Assembly (NCBI GenBank): GCA_002794465.1
Contig: MTSL01000189.1
Location: 1,575 to 33,574, forward strand
From: Paramicrosporidium saccamoebae KSL3
Taxonomy: Eukaryota > Fungi > Cryptomycota
Reading direction: 5' to 3'
Length of the DNA: 32,000 nucleotides
Part shown: in pieces, positions 27,444 to 32,000 of the stretch
How positions within the stretch are numbered: the stretch's first letter is position 1
Layout of the letters: every line of letters starts with the position of its first letter
Position numbers and translations under genes: made by a program
The notes under the pieces: model-generated
What the model saw: the letters and a program-made list of their open reading frames with translations, nothing else
Told to the model about the DNA's origin: nothing
The model's database searches: none

Positions 27444-29576
27444 CTACGGCTTGGGCGATTTGAAATATTCTGAAAAAAATCCTGCGCAATCAGGAGATCT
27501 AGATGTCAAGGCCTGGATGAAATCTTCTTCGCTCAATACATGTCCAAATTGGACGGCCAGTGCGACAATGTTCACTTTATCATTATGGATGGCTAGCCGC
27601 ACCTCATCCGGCCCCAACTTTACACAATCCTGTGTAACAAGATATTCGACAATTTTCCTTGCGCCATTGGTAATAAAAGTGTCCAAATGCTTAGCCACTT
27701 TGGTGAGATCCAATCCGTAATTACTTTCAAAATACTTTAAAAACTTTAGCGCGTCACTAATGGCCACACTGGATAGTACTTCAAAGAACCTCTCAGCCGT
27801 ATGGGCTGGCAGGATAATCTCTGGGTTCCGCGGTAGTTGATGCAGATCCGTTAAAAATTTCACATTCAACGTCGCGTAAATGATTTCCTGGTGCTGGTCA
27901 AATCGTGAAGAGAGCCAGAGACGCATCCAGAGGTCTTGATCGTAGCAGGAAGTCTTGTAAATGGTTGCAATGTAGCTGTGGGCTACTGCTTGGTTTTCAA
28001 AACTGCTCAACGAGAATGCTTGAATACAAAAGAAAATGTTAAAATACCGTGCGAGATAAGAGCTACTGAGCAATATGCTGGGCGTTAGCTGAAAGTTTAC
28101 ATTCCCTCTGATCATATCCAAAAGACAGAGCGCATCGGTGCCTTTTTCCAGCTCGGCGCCAACAAGTGCGTCGAGCGTCAAGGGCCTCGCTTGGTTGTGC
28201 TTTGTTTTGTACGACTTGTCACACTTTTTCATTCTCTCAATTATGATGCGAGTAGAGGTCACCAAAGCTAATTTCCAGAGCTCATAATTCTTAATGTAAT
28301 CAACATCAGCGTGTTGAGCTAGTGTAGTCTGCTGTTTAGCTATTGAAGGGATATTGATCGACTGTTCAGTGGTTGGATTCTCGGTGGATGAATGCTTGGT
28401 GACTAAATGCCTGGTGATTAAGTGCTTGGTGATTAAACGCTCGGTGATTAAATGCTCGGTGAATGAATTTTCGGTACTCAATTGTTCAGCGGATGGATTC
28501 ACAATATTCAGCTGCTCAGCAGATGGATGTTCAATACTCAAATGTTCAGCACCCAAATGTTCAATACTCAAATGGTCAGCACCCAAATTTTCATTGCTCA
28601 AATGGTCAGTATTCAAATGTTCATTGCTCAAGTGGTCAGTATTCAAATGTTCATCCCTTTCTAGACGCTCCACCGTTGCCATGCTGCTTTTGAATGATGC
28701 ATCTTTACTGCAAAGGAAATCAATAATCTTGATGGCGTCATAGTCTATTAGCTCGGCCTTCTTTTCGCAGATGGCGGACAAGTCGAGCTGATCGGTAAGA
28801 TACTTTATCGTCCCGACCGCATCATGTCTTGCAACTACTCCGAAAAAGGTCCAGAACAGACCCGGACAGAGCTTGCGTAATGATGTCGAGTCTCTTCTTG
28901 GCAGTCTTGGGAGTATTTCGAAAAGGAGAGCATTGCCGCTGGCGTATAGTGCATCCATGTATATACCAAAATAAGAGTTTACCCAGAGAGCATGCCAGAG
29001 ATCAGAATCGTACCAATCACTTTTGTAAGACAGCGCAACGAACAGGTGGGCCATGAATGGAGATTCCCACCGTCGTAGGGGGATGGCCAAGAGACATTTT
29101 AGCACGTTTTGGTATCCATTGGTAAGGGACTGTTGGAAGAGCTCTGAGGGGCCCAGTGACCAGGCGGCACTACTACCAAGCATCTCACAGGCACACATTG
29201 GTTCTACTCCTTTCTTCACAATGGCCTCATGTAAAGCTCTCTCCAAGGCCGGCAGCCCCAAAGATACTCCGTCAAAGGTCCACAGCCCACGGAGACATTT
29301 TGGATAGCGAGCTTCTAGTTTAGCCCGAACGGCCCTAGCTAACTTTCGCAACTTTTGCTTTTCATATCTGGCATACTGTGAGATGGGGCTTTGGATCTGG
29401 GCGGTTACTCGCGCGTCAGTATTCAATGTCAATGCAGCCATATCTCCCCTGATATCACCAATACTTGAGGACTCGTCCTCAACCGAGTCATCAGGTGAGG
29501 ACAGTTGTGGCAATGGCGATGACAGTACACCCCAAAAAAGAAAAGTGAGGAATTGCAGCGCAATGAAAGCGTGCAT
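27444..29576 (-). CDS. Secreted orphan protein, family B (duplicated module, His-rich repeat linker)
   Basis: Signal MHAFIALQFLTFLFWGVLS (ATG 29576; the track starts at a TTG, 29630). Collinear with 29832-31670. Confidence 0.88.
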   Translation of the reverse strand: MHAFIALQFLTFLFWGVLSSPLPQLSSPDDSVEDESSSIGDIRGDMAALTLNTDARVTAQIQSPISQYARYEKQKLRKLARAVRAKLEARYPKCLRGLWTFDGVSLGLPALERALHEAIVKKGVEPMCACEMLGSSAAWSLGPSELFQQSLTNGYQNVLKCLLAIPLRRWESPFMAHLFVALSYKSDWYDSDLWHALWVNSYFGIYMDALYASGNALLFEILPRLPRRDSTSLRKLCPGLFWTFFGVVARHDAVGTIKYLTDQLDLSAICEKKAELIDYDAIKIIDFLCSKDASFKSSMATVERLERDEHLNTDHLSNEHLNTDHLSNENLGADHLSIEHLGAEHLSIEHPSAEQLNIVNPSAEQLSTENSFTEHLITERLITKHLITRHLVTKHSSTENPTTEQSINIPSIAKQQTTLAQHADVDYIKNYELWKLALVTSTRIIIERMKKCDKSYKTKHNQARPLTLDALVGAELEKGTDALCLLDMIRGNVNFQLTPSILLSSSYLARYFNIFFCIQAFSLSSFENQAVAHSYIATIYKTSCYDQDLWMRLWLSSRFDQHQEIIYATLNVKFLTDLHQLPRNPEIILPAHTAERFFEVLSSVAISDALKFLKYFESNYGLDLTKVAKHLDTFITNGARKIVEYLVTQDCVKLGPDEVRLAIHNDKVNIVALAVQFGHVLSEEDFIQALTSRSPDCAGFFSEYFKSPKP
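28353..28652 (-). repeat. 30-bp (10-aa, built from 5-aa) coding repeat x10: EHLNTDHLSN..ENPTTEQSIN
   Basis: Translated directly. Units drift progressively from one end to the other. Confidence 0.9.
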
Positions 29577-29831
29577 AGATGCAATAGCCCCTGCATGGGC
29601 GTGCGAGAAATGTCTACGGATTAAGGACAACGCGCCTGCTGCTGAGCAAATTGGTTTTATTAAAGGATACGGCGCTTTTAAAGGCCGCCATCCCCAACAT
29701 GACAGGAAGGAACTGTGGCATTGCCATCTGAATCGGACCCATCCAATAATAAGCGGATACTACTGCGGAAAGCTATATATGTGCATCAAAACCCTTTGGT
29801 TGCTATTATTACTAGATTTTCTATTCACGGG

Positions 29832-31670
29832 CTAAGATAGGGTGGAAAGATATGCCATGCATTTCTCAGCTCCAAAAAGACGGGCCAGGATGCCGAGCGT
29901 TGCATCGGGTCTAAAGCCAAACTTTACAGCTAGCTTGACAATCTCCACCCGATCTTTTATAACAGCCAACCTAACATACTCCCCATCCGACTTTACATGC
30001 CCCAAGTTGACAAGATATTCAATAATTTTCGTTGCGCCAAATTCGACAAAGGTGGCAACATGTTCAGCAACCCTGGTGAGACTCAGGGCACAATTTTTCT
30101 CAAAGTACTGCAGAACATCAAGATCATCATACCTAGCAACAAAGGGAATTCCGTGATCCAGAAATGTCGCAGCCGTAAGTTCAGGCAAAACAAGATCTGG
30201 GTTCCGTGGCAGACTATGTAAATCCTTGAAGAAATCAACGTTCATCGAGGAGTAAATCTTGGTAATACTTTTGTCAAATCTCGAGTCGAACCAAAAACGC
30301 ATCCAAAGATCCTCGTCCCATCCCGGCCTCTTGTAAATGAACGCCATATAATCGTGGAATGCTCCCTGGTCTTGAAAGCTGGTCGATGGGAACGCTTGCA
30401 TACATGTGGTAATGTTCGGCCACCCGGACTTGGAAACGTGACGGAGCAGGTCAGAGGGTGTTTTCTGGAGGTTCACATTTGTTTTGATCGCCTCTGCAAG
30501 ACATATTATGTCTTTGCCAAGCTTCAATTCGAGTTTAAATATCCGGTCAAGGTCCCTGGGTTCGAGCCCTTTATACCGCCATTTATACGATTTGTCGCAT
30601 TTCATCAATCTCTCTACGACTCTGCGAGTGTTGTCCATCTTTAGAGACTTCCACTTTTCACGCTCCACTATATAAGGATCGTTTTGCGGGTCAGTGTCTA
30701 CAGTCGCGAGGCCTTCAGCGGTATCAACGTTTTCGTCGGTGCCAAGATGCTTGCTAGCCTCATGATTTGTCGTCTCCAAAGCTCCATCAGTTGCAGCAAC
30801 GGTAACATTCTCACTTTTGCTCATAATAGACTCTGCGGTAATTATTAAAGACACATTCCTACCCTGAAGAAAGCTAATGATGTTGGTCGCATTGTATTTA
30901 ACCAGTAGGACATATCGTTTGCCAATGGCCGACAGGTCAAGCTGGTCAGCGAGATATTCCACCGTTCCCACCGCATCATTCCATGCCACTGTTCTAAAAA
31001 ACTTCCAGAACAATCCCACATTGAGCACGGGCAAAGACGTTTGGTCTCTTCTTGGCAGTCCTTCAAGATGCTTGAATAAGAGTAGATTTCCACTGGCATA
31101 AAGTGCTTTTCTGTGTCTAGCAAACTTGGACTCTGACCAACGAGCATGCCAGAAATCACTGTCATAATGCGCACTTTCAAAGGCATTGGCAAGGAAAGAG
31201 TGTGCATCATAAGCCACCGGCCATTTTGTTAGTGGAACGGTCAACAGACACTTTAACACGCCTTGATAGCCACTGCGTAACGACTGAATGTGGATCCCAT
31301 CGAGATCCAGTTTTCCAGCAGCACTGGAATGGAACATTTCGCAGGCACACTCAGCGTCCACACCTTCAATCACCGTGGCTTTGTGTATAGCTTTGTCCAA
31401 GTCAGCAAGCCCTAAACCAGTCCCCATATCGGCATAGTGTTTGCGATCAACACTGGAGCAACGTGCTTCTCGGTTCTTTTTAACAGCCCATGTCATCTCC
31501 TCCAGCTTTCTTTCCTCGGGAGTCTTGGGAGAGTTGGACGGTTGGCGTGTATCAGCCAGGGAAATATTGCCTAAAAGCCTTTGAAGCTCACTAACACTTG
31601 CCAATGTCACCCGGTAGAGGCATCCGAACAGTATTGTGCTCAGTAGAAGCGATAAAATATGCGAGTTCAT
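29832..31670 (-). CDS. Secreted orphan protein, family B
   Basis: Signal MNSHILSLLLSTILFGCLYRVTLA (ATG 31670). Shares CACEM..S.A, LKCLL..PL..W, YDSD.WHA.W, LYASGN, LPRRD and KCDKSYK with 27444-29576. Confidence 0.88.
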   Translation of the reverse strand: MNSHILSLLLSTILFGCLYRVTLASVSELQRLLGNISLADTRQPSNSPKTPEERKLEEMTWAVKKNREARCSSVDRKHYADMGTGLGLADLDKAIHKATVIEGVDAECACEMFHSSAAGKLDLDGIHIQSLRSGYQGVLKCLLTVPLTKWPVAYDAHSFLANAFESAHYDSDFWHARWSESKFARHRKALYASGNLLLFKHLEGLPRRDQTSLPVLNVGLFWKFFRTVAWNDAVGTVEYLADQLDLSAIGKRYVLLVKYNATNIISFLQGRNVSLIITAESIMSKSENVTVAATDGALETTNHEASKHLGTDENVDTAEGLATVDTDPQNDPYIVEREKWKSLKMDNTRRVVERLMKCDKSYKWRYKGLEPRDLDRIFKLELKLGKDIICLAEAIKTNVNLQKTPSDLLRHVSKSGWPNITTCMQAFPSTSFQDQGAFHDYMAFIYKRPGWDEDLWMRFWFDSRFDKSITKIYSSMNVDFFKDLHSLPRNPDLVLPELTAATFLDHGIPFVARYDDLDVLQYFEKNCALSLTRVAEHVATFVEFGATKIIEYLVNLGHVKSDGEYVRLAVIKDRVEIVKLAVKFGFRPDATLGILARLFGAEKCMAYLSTLS

Positions 31671-31819
31671 AAACGGGAACCCTGGAGAGTCTTGTGGAGT
31701 AGTGTGCCTACAGACTAGGGCTATCAATAAAGGATGGTCTCCGCCTCACCCACCCTGAGAAGGGGTAAATTCACGTGTCACAAACCTCGTATGCCAAATT
31801 AACTATTTATTGATTGTGC

Positions 31820-31835
31820 TGGTGAGTACTCACCA
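31820..31835. other. Perfect 16-bp palindrome TGGTGAGTACTCACCA
   Basis: Self-complementary as read. It lies in the intergenic gap between two family B genes. Confidence 0.9.
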
Positions 31836-31842
31836 TTAAACT

Positions 31843-32000
31843 CTACTTGACAGGTTCAAAAAAGTCGGAAAACAACGCTTTACACTTTTCAGCTCCGAAA
31901 TTCCGAGACGCAGAAATGATAGTGTCCATGTCTTCAAAGCCATAAACTAGAGCTATCTTGACAATATCCACCTGATCATGTATAATTGCCAAAAGCACTT
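31843..32000 (-). CDS. 3' end of a third family B paralog (truncated by the window edge)
   Basis: My translation of 31998-31843, VLLAIIHDQVDIVKIALVYGFEDMDTIISASRNFGAEKCKALFSDFFEPVK*, aligns with VRLAVIKDRVEIVKLAVKFG..LFGAEKC (29832) and VRLAIHNDKVNIVALAVQFG..FFSEYF (27444). Confidence 0.85.
   Translation of the reverse strand, partial: VLLAIIHDQVDIVKIALVYGFEDMDTIISASRNFGAEKCKALFSDFFEPVK

Noticed and set aside
28354-28743. Plus-strand ORFs over the 30-bp repeat, and ORF 23641-23859 over the 36-bp repeat
   Set aside because: They are open only because the repeat unit lacks stops. The minus-strand frame is continuous with a conserved paralog.
24480-28975. Homology between families A and B (LYVDALYES vs IYMDALYAS)
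   Set aside because: One short match with no supporting collinearity. It would need a profile-profile or structural comparison.

Overview
This is a gene-dense eukaryotic window, not a prokaryotic one. About 25 protein genes are packed with intergenic gaps of 10-850 bp, and there are 12 inferred spliceosomal introns, all 28-36 nt. The gene set and intron style fit a compact fungal-related parasite genome. My best guess is Rozellomycota or a short-branch microsporidian such as Paramicrosporidium, which is inference and not proven. The first ~21 kb is mostly housekeeping: SPC2, QTRT2, a KRE2/KTR mannosyltransferase, RPL16/uL13, ASCC1, SF3B6, RPT6, PI31, IND1/NUBPL, TFIP11 and HSF. These are interleaved with orphan membrane and secreted genes. 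From 21.2 kb to the right edge there is a block of six co-oriented minus-strand orphan genes; the five complete ones are intronless with signal peptides and the sixth is cut by the edge. They fall into three families: family A with an SWAYL motif (two copies in the block, a third at 15.8-17.3 kb), one short-repeat ankyrin-like protein, and family B with an internally duplicated ~250-aa module (two full copies plus the 3' end of a third). This candidate secreted-effector array is the most interesting system here. Other highlights are a +1 frame break at a G-run, a GC-AG intron, a hidden SMIM13-like microprotein gene, a 39-bp head-to-head spacer, a decayed duplicate of the SPC2 3' end, and several young tandem repeats at gene 3' ends. 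I found no tRNA, rRNA, CRISPR array or transposase.
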